Source: Minisyncoccota bacterium
GTDB taxonomy: Bacteria > Patescibacteriota > Minisyncoccia > Phycocordibacterales > PALSA-1337
Length of the DNA: 64,000 nt
Direction: 5' to 3'
Assembly (NCBI GenBank): GCA_041666915.1
Contig: JBAYFZ010000001.1
Span: 201,086-265,085, forward strand
Every line of letters begins with the position of its first letter. Position 1 is the first letter of the stretch. Below, in pieces: positions 56,121-64,000 of the stretch. Under the pieces are notes generated by a model. The model saw nothing but the letters and a program-made list of their open reading frames with translations. It searched no databases and was not told where the DNA came from. Both the position numbers and the translations under genes were made by a program.

Positions 56121-57218
56121 TTATTTAATGTACTTAGAAACATTCGCCACCATTCCTGATATTGCCAAAGTGATAATAAGCGCAGTTCCTCCGTGACTGA
56201 CGAATAACAACGGAACTCCTGATAATGGTATAAGTCCTATCATAGCCGAAATATTCATGAAAGATTCTGTAATAATGAGTACACCTATACCCATGACCAT
56301 GAGCCCACCGAAAACATCTGGTGACCTATTCCCTATTCTGAAAATACTAGCAATCAAAAGTAAATACAAACCAATAAGAGCAATACTACCTAGAAAACCG
56401 AATTCTTCAGCTGTTACAGCAAAAATGGAGTCATCGGTCGGTTGAGGTAAATAACCGAACTTTTGAATACTTTGACCAAAACCTCTTCCAGTCAATTGTC
56501 CTGAACCTATCGCAATCAAAGATTGATTGATCTGATAACCAGAACCTTGAGTATCTGAACCGCGATTCAAAAATGTCTTGACTCTATCTAGAGCGTATGG
56601 ACGAATCAAGACAACTCCACCAACCATTATGCCCATAAGGACCATTATAAGAATAATTTGTCTAAACCGTATACCAGCTATAAAAAGCATCGCAAGTCCA
56701 GTGGTTGCAATGATGACCAAAGTATCTGTATCTCTCTGAATCAATAAGAGTGTACCTAGCACAGCCATAATGACTAAATAAGGTAGAGTTCCAAATTTGA
56801 AACCTTCAATCTTATCCTTTATAAAATAAATCCAAGCCGCCATATAGATAATAAAAGCAATCTTCAACAATTCTGATGGTTGAAAAGATAATGGGCCGAT
56901 GGCAAGCCAACGCGAAGCCCCATTGAAATGAATAGTCAAACTAGGAATAAAAAGAAGTAGGTTAACTAAAATCGCTCCAATAAGTATAAAAAGTGCTGAT
57001 TTGCGTAACCAAGAATAATGAATTTTGGAAAAAACAAGAAAAGCGATAATGCCGAGGATTAGACTTATAGTTTGTTTAATCGCAACAGTTTCAAAAGAAG
57101 CACCATCTTGTGCCAAAAGTCCCATTGAGACAGATAGAAAAACGACAAAACCAGCCAACGTCAATGTGCTAACGGAGATGAGAAAAAAACGGTCAATTTT
57201 TGAAAAGAATGAAATCAT
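56121..57218 (-). CDS. SEDS-family peptidoglycan glycosyltransferase (FtsW/RodA)
   Basis: It is a 10-TM protein with the SEDS pattern. Confidence 0.75.
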   Translation of the reverse strand: MISFFSKIDRFFLISVSTLTLAGFVVFLSVSMGLLAQDGASFETVAIKQTISLILGIIAFLVFSKIHYSWLRKSALFILIGAILVNLLLFIPSLTIHFNGASRWLAIGPLSFQPSELLKIAFIIYMAAWIYFIKDKIEGFKFGTLPYLVIMAVLGTLLLIQRDTDTLVIIATTGLAMLFIAGIRFRQIILIMVLMGIMVGGVVLIRPYALDRVKTFLNRGSDTQGSGYQINQSLIAIGSGQLTGRGFGQSIQKFGYLPQPTDDSIFAVTAEEFGFLGSIALIGLYLLLIASIFRIGNRSPDVFGGLMVMGIGVLIITESFMNISAMIGLIPLSGVPLLFVSHGGTALIITLAISGMVANVSKYIK

Positions 57219-57245
57219 TTTTATAAAATAAAAATCTAACCAAAA

Positions 57246-57779
57246 TTACTCTTGTTGTGCCTTTTTGAAATTTTCTATCTCAGCTTTGACTTGTCCATAT
57301 TCTGGCAGATCTTCAATCTTTGAAATACCCATATGAGACAAAAGAGCCAAGGTTGGTTTGTAGAGAAAACTACGAGCGTCTACGGGATTATCTACACGTT
57401 CCACAAGTCCTCTGATGAGAAGGTTTCGCAAAATAAATTGCGAATTGACACCACGTATATAATCTATATCTGCGCGAGAAATAGGTCCTTGATACAAAAT
57501 GATTGAAAGTGTTTCCAAACCAGCTTTACCCAAATCACGGGTCAGTTCTTCTTTTGTAATATCTTCTATCAAAGATGAAAGCTCCTTGGCTGTTCCAAGC
57601 ATCACTTCTTCATCATCACGAACCAAAGAAAGTCCACGACCCTTCAGGTTTTGCTCTAATTGATCCAACCCTTGAACGATCGCAGAATTATCAACCTTCA
57701 ATAAAGATGCCAACTTTTTTATAGATATTGGTTCCGCTTTCCAAAAAAGTAAGGCTTCAATTTTTTGTGATAATTCCAT
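57246..57779 (-). CDS. scpB: Segregation and condensation protein B
   Basis: IEALLFWKAEPISIKKLASLL and the tandem winged-helix pattern are present. Confidence 0.8.
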   Translation of the reverse strand: MELSQKIEALLFWKAEPISIKKLASLLKVDNSAIVQGLDQLEQNLKGRGLSLVRDDEEVMLGTAKELSSLIEDITKEELTRDLGKAGLETLSIILYQGPISRADIDYIRGVNSQFILRNLLIRGLVERVDNPVDARSFLYKPTLALLSHMGISKIEDLPEYGQVKAEIENFKKAQQE

Positions 57780-57823
57780 GGGATTATTGTAACATTTCTT
57801 TTGTCATTTTCGCTTTTTTTGTT

Positions 57824-57941
57824 GTCATTCCCGCGAAGGCGGGAATCCAGGATTATTACAAGATAACATCTATTTAATATTTAAATATAATACGAGATTG
57901 TCTGTGGTTATACACTGGATTCCCGCCTTCGCGGGAATGAC
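57824..57941. repeat. Inverted-repeat element, copy 6 (between scpB start and scpA stop)
   Basis: Canonical TIRs are present. A partial TTGTCATTTTCGC lies just upstream at 57802. Confidence 0.85.
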
Positions 57942-57946
57942 ACATC

Positions 57947-58678
57947 TTAGTATCTCGGCACCCCAACCTCTTTCGTCTCCATCTGAATATCGCCGAAGGT
58001 CTTCTCTTGACTAACATGTACTATCCCTTGTTTGACCAATTCAAGCATGGCAAGAAAACTAACGATGACATTCACACGATTTTCCTTGTGTTCTTTGGTA
58101 AATTCCTTGAAACTCATACGGAGATGACTGGTAATACGAGTCGTGAGAGTCCCTATCATATCTTCAAGACTTATAACTTTTTTAATCAAAACTTTTGGTG
58201 CATTCTCCTTCTTTGGTAAACGGTTGATAAGGTCCTTCAATGAATACAAAGCTTTTTCTAAGGTAAATTCTGGTTCTGGTGTAAAAACTGGGATGATAGG
58301 TTTAGATTGTGATGGTGAAAAGATAACTTGCTCACCAAAAAGTTTGCTTACATTTAAGCTAGCATCTTTAATTCTCTTGTAAATCTTCAAGCGCGTCTCA
58401 AGATCGTGGATATCTACTTGTTCTTCTTGGGTCAAAGCCAATTCTGGAAGTAATGATTTTGATTTGATGAGGAGTAACGTTGAAGCAACCAAAATAAAGT
58501 GAGCTGACTCACCTATTTCTACATTTCCCATGTCTCTCACATGCAAAATAAAATCATCCGTGACTTTCGCCAAAGAAATATCACTAATAAAAAGTTTACG
58601 TTTTTCTATAAGATCCAACAATAGATCCAGAGGACCTTCAAATGATTGTGTTTTTATAGTAAACGACATTTTAAACAC
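57947..58678 (-). CDS. scpA: Segregation and condensation protein A
   Basis: FEGPLDLLLDLIEKRKLFISDISLAKVTDDF matches ScpA. Confidence 0.8.
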   Translation of the reverse strand: MFKMSFTIKTQSFEGPLDLLLDLIEKRKLFISDISLAKVTDDFILHVRDMGNVEIGESAHFILVASTLLLIKSKSLLPELALTQEEQVDIHDLETRLKIYKRIKDASLNVSKLFGEQVIFSPSQSKPIIPVFTPEPEFTLEKALYSLKDLINRLPKKENAPKVLIKKVISLEDMIGTLTTRITSHLRMSFKEFTKEHKENRVNVIVSFLAMLELVKQGIVHVSQEKTFGDIQMETKEVGVPRY

Positions 58679-58686
58679 TAGGACTA

Positions 58687-59634
58687 TTACAAGACTCCTA
58701 TCTTAGCTTTTACATCCAAAAGCTTTTTTCCAGCTACTTCATTGGCTTTCAAACTTCCCTTTTTCAATACTTCAATAATAAAGTCTTGATTCTTGGCCAA
58801 TTCTTCGCGCTTTTCTCGGAGAGGTTTGATGAAAGCATCAATATCTTCTATCAAAGATTCTTTCAAGATCTTGTACTTGCCTGAGTTTTTTGCATAAAAA
58901 TCTTTTAATTCGGAATCGGTTTTGAAAAGTTTGTGAATAGCATAGACATTTTCTGGAATACCTGCACCAGAATCAGTCACAATACTCATGACAGCCTTTG
59001 TGATCTCCTCACGAGTAGCAAAAAGTGGAATTGTATTGTTATAACTCTTGGACATTTTGCGACCATCAATACCTGGGACTGTAGCAACATTTTCCAAAAT
59101 AAGAGATTCTGGTAATTTGAAAGTCTCTCCGAAGATATGATTGAATTTCTCTGCGATATCGCGGGCATACTCTATATGTTGTTTCTGATCCTGTCCTACT
59201 GGCACAACATCTGTACCATAAAGCAAAATATCGGCAGCCATAAGTACTGGATAATTGAAAGTTCCTACATTGATCTCTTTGTTTTTAGCCTCAGCGTCTT
59301 TGAAAGCATGTGCACGCATGAGGTATGGCATTGTTACTATTGTGTCAAAAATCCAAGCGAGCTCGGTATGAGCCGAGACGTCTGATTGTTTGAAGATTGT
59401 AGTAGTTTCAGGATTAAGCCCTATAGCCAAATAATCAATAACAAGATCCGTAATAAACTTCTCCATTTTTGATCTATCTTGAATAAAATTCAAAGCGTGA
59501 TAATTAGCAAGAAAGATAAAACAATCATAGTTATTTGATTTTTGTAAATCGACAAACTGTTTCATTGCTCCAAAATAATTACCAATATGTGGTCGTCCAG
59601 TTGGTTGTACACCAGAAAGTATTATTTTTTTCAT
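58687..59634 (-). CDS. trpS: Tryptophanyl-tRNA synthetase
   Basis: SGVQPTGRPHIGNYFGA carries the HIGH motif, and KMSKS is present. Confidence 0.9.
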   Translation of the reverse strand: MKKIILSGVQPTGRPHIGNYFGAMKQFVDLQKSNNYDCFIFLANYHALNFIQDRSKMEKFITDLVIDYLAIGLNPETTTIFKQSDVSAHTELAWIFDTIVTMPYLMRAHAFKDAEAKNKEINVGTFNYPVLMAADILLYGTDVVPVGQDQKQHIEYARDIAEKFNHIFGETFKLPESLILENVATVPGIDGRKMSKSYNNTIPLFATREEITKAVMSIVTDSGAGIPENVYAIHKLFKTDSELKDFYAKNSGKYKILKESLIEDIDAFIKPLREKREELAKNQDFIIEVLKKGSLKANEVAGKKLLDVKAKIGVL

Positions 59635-59730
59635 AGACTGATTATAACAAATAAGGTCAGTGGTGCACAGTCTCGGAAGAGTCCTGCCATATTCTTTTCA
59701 TGAATCCGAGTATTTCTCCAACTTTTTGTT

Positions 59731-59867
59731 GTCATTCCCGCGAAGGCGGGAATCCAGGATATAACCACTAAATACAGATATCAAAAAACATAGTTCAGTT
59801 ATTTAAATCACTTTATAAAACTATTATCTCGTAATAATCCTGGATTCCCGCCTTCGCGGGAATGACA
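59731..59867. repeat. Inverted-repeat element, copy 7 (between trpS start and dnaJ stop)
   Basis: Canonical TIRs are present. It ends 3 bp before the dnaJ stop codon. Confidence 0.85.
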
Positions 59868-59870
59868 CAA

Positions 59871-60977
59871 CTAAATTCCTTCTCGTTTCAAATCTTCAAT
59901 AGCCTTCCTTGCATCCTTTGACAACCTCTTTGGCATTTCAACATTTATCTTTATAAGCAAATCACCTCTCCTGTCACCACTTGGAACGCCTTTGCCTTTT
60001 ACACGAAGAATGTCACCATTATTGGTTCCTTCTGGAATTTTGACGACAATATCACCGTCAAGAGTTTTGAATGTAACTTCACCACCAATCAAAGCTTGAG
60101 TAAGTTTGATTTTTAGTTCCGCAACAAGGTTGTGACCTTCTTTACGAATATGAGAATGTTGTTTGACATGAATCTTTACATAAAGATCACCACTAACACC
60201 AAAAGGTATAGCTTCACCCATTCCTGTGAGACGCATGGACTGACCATCTTCTATACCTTCAGGAATCTTGACGGCAATTTCTTGAGCTCTTTCTTTGACG
60301 CCAGTACCATGACAAGTTCCACATTTGGAAGAAGGTACGTGACCTAGGCCGTGACAATTGTCACAAACTCTGGTTGTATTGAAAACTCCAATGAATGACC
60401 TGCGGGTTTCATTTATCTTGCCTCTACCATTACAAGTGTCACATTTGTGCATAGAAGAACCTTTTTCAGCTCCACTACCTTGGCAAGTCAAACATTTTGA
60501 TGATTTTGTAACCAAGAGATCTTTTTCAACGCCAAAAATAGATTCTTCAAAAGAAATGAGTAAGTCAACAGAAATATCACGACCCCTCTCATCTGCGGCT
60601 CGTCTTGAACTAGATCTTCCACCTTGACCAAAGAATTCTCCAAAGATATCACCTAGATCAAATTCAAATCCTTGACCATTGCCTTGCTGAAATCCAGAGA
60701 AATCAAAACCACCAAAACCTCCTTGTGGGTTGAAACCACCACCATTGAAACCAGCTCCACCAGGTCCAGCTGAACCATAGGTATCGTATTGCTGGCGTTT
60801 ACCATCATCTGACAATATAGAATAAGCCTCACTGGCTTCTTTGAACTTTTGAGAAGCGGTGGGGTCATTTTTAGTTTTATCTGGATGATATTGATGCGCC
60901 AATTTTCTAAAGGCCTTTTTTATATCGTCCTTGGAAGCACCTTTTTCAACACCTAATGTTTTGTAATAATCTTTCAT
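59871..60977 (-). CDS. dnaJ: Chaperone DnaJ
   Basis: The J domain carries HPD (HQYHPDK). A G/F-rich region and four CxxCxGxG zinc-finger repeats follow. Confidence 0.9.
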   Translation of the reverse strand: MKDYYKTLGVEKGASKDDIKKAFRKLAHQYHPDKTKNDPTASQKFKEASEAYSILSDDGKRQQYDTYGSAGPGGAGFNGGGFNPQGGFGGFDFSGFQQGNGQGFEFDLGDIFGEFFGQGGRSSSRRAADERGRDISVDLLISFEESIFGVEKDLLVTKSSKCLTCQGSGAEKGSSMHKCDTCNGRGKINETRRSFIGVFNTTRVCDNCHGLGHVPSSKCGTCHGTGVKERAQEIAVKIPEGIEDGQSMRLTGMGEAIPFGVSGDLYVKIHVKQHSHIRKEGHNLVAELKIKLTQALIGGEVTFKTLDGDIVVKIPEGTNNGDILRVKGKGVPSGDRRGDLLIKINVEMPKRLSKDARKAIEDLKREGI

Positions 60978-61111
60978 ATTTGACGATTAATGTTTGCCAT
61001 GTTATCATACTTTTAGCCGTTTTACAAGTCTTTATGACTTGAAACACTGGTCTTTGAATTAATTTAAAAATGGTCTAACAGAAACTTAAACCAAAAACTA
61101 AAGGATTTATT

Positions 61112-61375
61112 ATGACAAAATTCTTGGTTAAAAATCAAGATGGCAAAGTGCTTGCAGAAATTAAGTTTTCTGGGCACTGCACTATTGAACCTCAAGAGAT
61201 GGGTAGTATCGTATGCGAAACACCTGTTCCAGAAAATGGCTTTCAAAACTTTGAAGTTGGTCGCACAAGAACTCTTGAACCGAAACCTCATTTCACTATC
61301 AGAGAGGTCTCAGAAAAACAATCCAAAGAAAAACAATTGAGAAACATTCTTACAAAAAAGACACGCAGGACGTAG
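61112..61375 (+). CDS. Hypothetical protein (87 aa)
   Basis: ORF only. Confidence 0.3.
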   Translation: MTKFLVKNQDGKVLAEIKFSGHCTIEPQEMGSIVCETPVPENGFQNFEVGRTRTLEPKPHFTIREVSEKQSKEKQLRNILTKKTRRT

Positions 61376-61437
61376 GTTGGTTTTAGAAAGGAAACCGAGG
61401 TAAGCCTAAACAAGAAAACCTAAAACATTGAAATGTT

Positions 61438-61653
61438 ATGCTATTAAGATCAGATCTATCAATAACTTGCTTCCATAGAACAAAGAAAAGGGCTCGAATG
61501 ATTGAAGATGAGGTGAAAACAGGGACTGTCCGTTGTTATGGGTGTAAAAATCACATACCCAAAGAGACAGTAGCGATGAAAATGGTTGATTCGCGTGGTA
61601 AGACAATCCACTGGTTCCACAATATAAAATGTTTCAACCTATACCACCGCTAA
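61438..61653 (+). CDS. Hypothetical protein (71 aa) with a Cys/His cluster (possible zinc ribbon)
   Basis: CYGCKNH...HWFHNIKC. Confidence 0.3.
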   Translation: MLLRSDLSITCFHRTKKRARMIEDEVKTGTVRCYGCKNHIPKETVAMKMVDSRGKTIHWFHNIKCFNLYHR

Positions 61654-61677
61654 CCCAATTCTCAGCCAGTAATCTCA

Positions 61678-61762
61678 CAAAGACCCTCACACTTTCTCCA
61701 ACGAAAGCAGTGAGGGTCTTTTTTATCACTCCGAAAAAACGTCGAACTTTTCGACGTTTTTT
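61678..61762. terminator. Twin-terminator module (AAGACCCTCAC-loop-GTGAGGGTCTTTTTT, then AAAAAACGTCGAA-CTT-TTCGACGTTTTTT)
   Basis: Read directly. A near-identical module lies at 63356-63424. Confidence 0.6.
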
Positions 61763-61765
61763 ATA

Positions 61766-62776
61766 TTATGATACTAATAGGTTAGTCACCAAAGCCACCA
61801 TCACCTCTTTTTCTTTTGGATCACTTTCTGCAATAAGGAGTGCTAGGGCAACCAAAGTATTATCATTAATTTTCTTTTCTCCGTTTGGACGGATCAAGAT
61901 GCCATTGATCTGTAAAAATGAAATGAACAAGAAAGAACCGACTCGTTTATTACCATCAGAGAAAGGATGATCTTTGATAATAAAGTACAATAAATGTGCA
62001 GCTTTTTCTTCAAGACTTGAATACAATTCTTTACCACCAAACGTTTGATAAATTGTTTTCAAGATACCTTGGAATGAGCCGTCGCGCTCAGAACTGAACA
62101 ATTCCCCAGCCTCAGCTTTTCCAATCAAATTTTCCTTCAATCTATCAACAGCTGGTCGGACAAATTCATAGTCAAAGCGTCGCTTTTCCTTACCTTTACT
62201 CTTTTTCAATAAAATTCCGCCTTCATCATACTCTTTAAGAAGTAACCAAGCATTTGAATAACCGTCAATAACGGATAATAAACCGTCAACTTCATTTTTG
62301 TTGAGTTCTCGTCTCTGAATTGTACGTTGAATAAACTTAATTTTTTGATCAAGATCTTTGAGAATCTTTTCAGGAAGTTGTTTGATACGGTCAGTATTCA
62401 TCACAATACCCTTCATAAGATACTCTCTTAGAGTCTTGGTAGCCCAGATACGGAATTGAGTTGCTTGTTTAGAATTAACGCGATAGCCGACAGAAAGAAT
62501 AGCGTCGAGATTATAGAATTTAACCTTGTATTTCTTACCATCTTCGGCAGTATGTTCCAAAATGGAACTGACTGAATTTTCATTCAATTCTCCAGAATCA
62601 AATATGTTTTTAAAATGTTTCGTAATCGCCGGTCTTTGGATTCCAAAAAGTTTAGCAATCTGGTCTTGAGTTCCCCAAATAGTCTCCTTCCCAACATCCG
62701 CTCGTAACTCAACTCCACCCTTCTGACCACTGTAAATAATCAACTCCCCTGTATTTTTGACTTCTTTTTTGTTCAT
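61766..62776 (-). CDS. RhuM-like N-terminal domain fused to a Fic (AMPylase/DOC family) domain
   Basis: The Fic motif is HPFSDGNKRVGS (HPFx[DE]GNGR). The N-terminal ...VKFYNLDAILSVGYRVNSKQATQFRIWATKTL matches the Virulence_RhuM family pattern. Confidence 0.75.
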   Translation of the reverse strand: MNKKEVKNTGELIIYSGQKGGVELRADVGKETIWGTQDQIAKLFGIQRPAITKHFKNIFDSGELNENSVSSILEHTAEDGKKYKVKFYNLDAILSVGYRVNSKQATQFRIWATKTLREYLMKGIVMNTDRIKQLPEKILKDLDQKIKFIQRTIQRRELNKNEVDGLLSVIDGYSNAWLLLKEYDEGGILLKKSKGKEKRRFDYEFVRPAVDRLKENLIGKAEAGELFSSERDGSFQGILKTIYQTFGGKELYSSLEEKAAHLLYFIIKDHPFSDGNKRVGSFLFISFLQINGILIRPNGEKKINDNTLVALALLIAESDPKEKEVMVALVTNLLVS

Positions 62777-62990
62777 ATGTTTATAAAATTAATTAATAAT
62801 TATTTCCTGTAACAAAAAACCGCCTCTCACTCCTTTTCGACGGTTTTTCGTTCGCTAGAAATTGAAATTTGTTACTACAATTTTACGCTTGTTAAAAAAT
62901 ACCACAACTTGACATAATAGTAACTACAATGTTAATGTTTTATTAAACAGTTAAAGGGTTAATACCCTTTATTCAAGGCATTGGAATGCT

Positions 62991-63326
62991 TTGGAAATTA
63001 AACTTAGAAGATGCACATTTATGAGAGTCTTATTATTGTTCCTTGATACCGTTGATTATAATCGAGAAGCTTCAAAGATTGTCAATCTACCACAAAATAT
63101 CAATCCGTTTATTGGAATGACAATCCACACTGAAAATGACCTCAGTCTTGTCGTTAAAAAAGTGGAAGCGTCTATTGATCAGAAAGATACACCGGAAGAA
63201 CCATCAATTACATTAATATTGGAAGATGAGCTTATTGATGACGCAAAAGAAATCGAGCAACGTAAAAAAATACTCGATATCAATTTTGAAGTTCTTAAAG
63301 AGACTGGCTGGGAAACAAATTTCTAA
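62991..63326 (+). CDS. Hypothetical acidic protein (111 aa)
   Basis: ORF only. Confidence 0.3.
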   Translation: MEIKLRRCTFMRVLLLFLDTVDYNREASKIVNLPQNINPFIGMTIHTENDLSLVVKKVEASIDQKDTPEEPSITLILEDELIDDAKEIEQRKKILDINFEVLKETGWETNF

Positions 63327-63355
63327 CTTTCACCGAAGAATGACCTTCACCATCA

Positions 63356-63424
63356 CAAAGACCCTCATCACCGAGGGTCTTTTTTATCATTCCGAAAAAA
63401 CGTCGAAAAGTTCGACGTTTTTTC
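63356..63424. terminator. Second copy of the twin-terminator module
   Basis: AAGACCCTC-ATCACC-GAGGGTCTTTTTT ... AAAAAACGTCGAA-AAG-TTCGACGTTTTTT. Confidence 0.6.
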
Positions 63425-63458
63425 ATGGTAGTTTTTTCGGCTAGGTCGGACCTAGCTA

Positions 63459-64000
63459 TTACTTCTTCTCCTTAAATTCGGCATCTTTCACATTATCACC
63501 TCCCTCTTTACCGTCACCTGAATTACCAGCCGGCTCCGAATTCCCAGTCTGATTATTCTGCTTGTCCTTCGAAGCTTCAGCGTAGAAGGAACCAATCTTC
63601 TGAATCTCTGTAGAAAGAGCTTCGGTTGCCTTTTTGATAGCTTCTTTATCTGGATTGGAATTATCTTTAGCAGTCTTCAAATCTGCAATCTTATCTTCAA
63701 TTGACTTACGAAGTTCGGCTGGAACTTTTTCACCAGCATCCTTCAAAGCTTTTCCTGCGGTATAAACAAGTTGTTCCGCAATATTTTTTGCTTCAACCGC
63801 TTCATGCTTGGCTTTATCTTCAGCTTCATGAGCAGCAGCTTCTTGCTTCATCTTTTCTACCTCTTCTTTTGAAAGTCCCGAGCTAGCAGTGATCTTGATA
63901 GAATTCGCTTTTCCAGTAGCTTTATCTTTTGCGGTAACATTCAAGATACCGTTTGCATCAACATCAAATGAGACTTCCACTTGAGGCATACCACGAGGTG
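63459..64000 (-). CDS. dnaK: Chaperone DnaK (Hsp70), C-terminal part; gene continues beyond the window end
   Basis: The substrate-binding-domain end VSFDVDANGILNV and the helical lid with a G-rich acidic tail are present. Confidence 0.85.
   Translation of the reverse strand, partial: PRGMPQVEVSFDVDANGILNVTAKDKATGKANSIKITASSGLSKEEVEKMKQEAAAHEAEDKAKHEAVEAKNIAEQLVYTAGKALKDAGEKVPAELRKSIEDKIADLKTAKDNSNPDKEAIKKATEALSTEIQKIGSFYAEASKDKQNNQTGNSEPAGNSGDGKEGGDNVKDAEFKEKK

Noticed and set aside
7084-59867. Could the GTCATTCCCGCGAAGGCGGGAATCC repeats be a CRISPR array?
   Set aside because: The copies are dispersed over 50 kb, occur as inverted pairs, and have no regular repeat-spacer periodicity. There are no cas genes. 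They are better explained as MITE/REP-like elements.
1-64000. Alternative genetic code (UGA recoded, as in some CPR lineages)
   Set aside because: TGA functions as a stop, for example at the LAGLIDADG/miaA ATGA overlap. Standard-code translations give full-length proteins with intact motifs.
59871-64000. Expecting a dnaK-grpE-dnaJ operon
   Set aside because: dnaJ and the partial dnaK are separated by the Fic gene and several small ORFs, and no grpE is present in the window. It is noted but not pursued as a finding because grpE may simply lie beyond the window.

Overview
This 64-kb window is AT-rich and compact. It carries mostly housekeeping genes: valS, cysS, serS, trpS, dnaX, topA, dprA, parB, scpAB, uvrB, lexA, miaA, alr, dnaJ, a partial dnaK and rpmG. 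It also carries four tRNAs: Gln-TTG, Leu-CAA, Trp-CCA and Tyr-GTA. Gene content is consistent with a small-genome CPR/Patescibacteria-like bacterium using the standard code (TGA is a stop), but that lineage assignment is inference. Several accessory islets interrupt the housekeeping backbone. (1) A family of seven about 85-145 bp inverted-repeat elements (TIR GTCATTCCCGCGAAGGCGGGAATCCAGGAT) sits 0-5 bp from gene stop codons. (2) A tRNA-dependent cyclodipeptide synthase (AlbC/YvmC-like) lies next to a protease-like gene, a HAD hydrolase gene, two minimal nucleotidyltransferase genes and a NUDIX gene. (3) A GC-rich islet holds a large serine recombinase and a small wHTH gene beside tRNA-Gln, with a 47-bp att-like inverted repeat, flanked by a four-gene operon of unknowns (NYN RNase-like, membrane proteins, a Cas2-like-fold small protein). 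(4) A cluster of large secreted surface proteins shares a C-terminal domain and W-x-x-N-I-G-W repeats. (5) A LAGLIDADG homing endonuclease is wedged between tRNA-Leu(CAA) and miaA. (6) A Gp49/HigB-XRE toxin-antitoxin pair, a RhuM-Fic fusion, and a secreted Gly/Tyr-rich low-complexity protein are present. (7) A second dispersed repeat looks like a portable promoter module, and a conserved family of terminator hairpins recurs. No CRISPR array or rRNA was seen.
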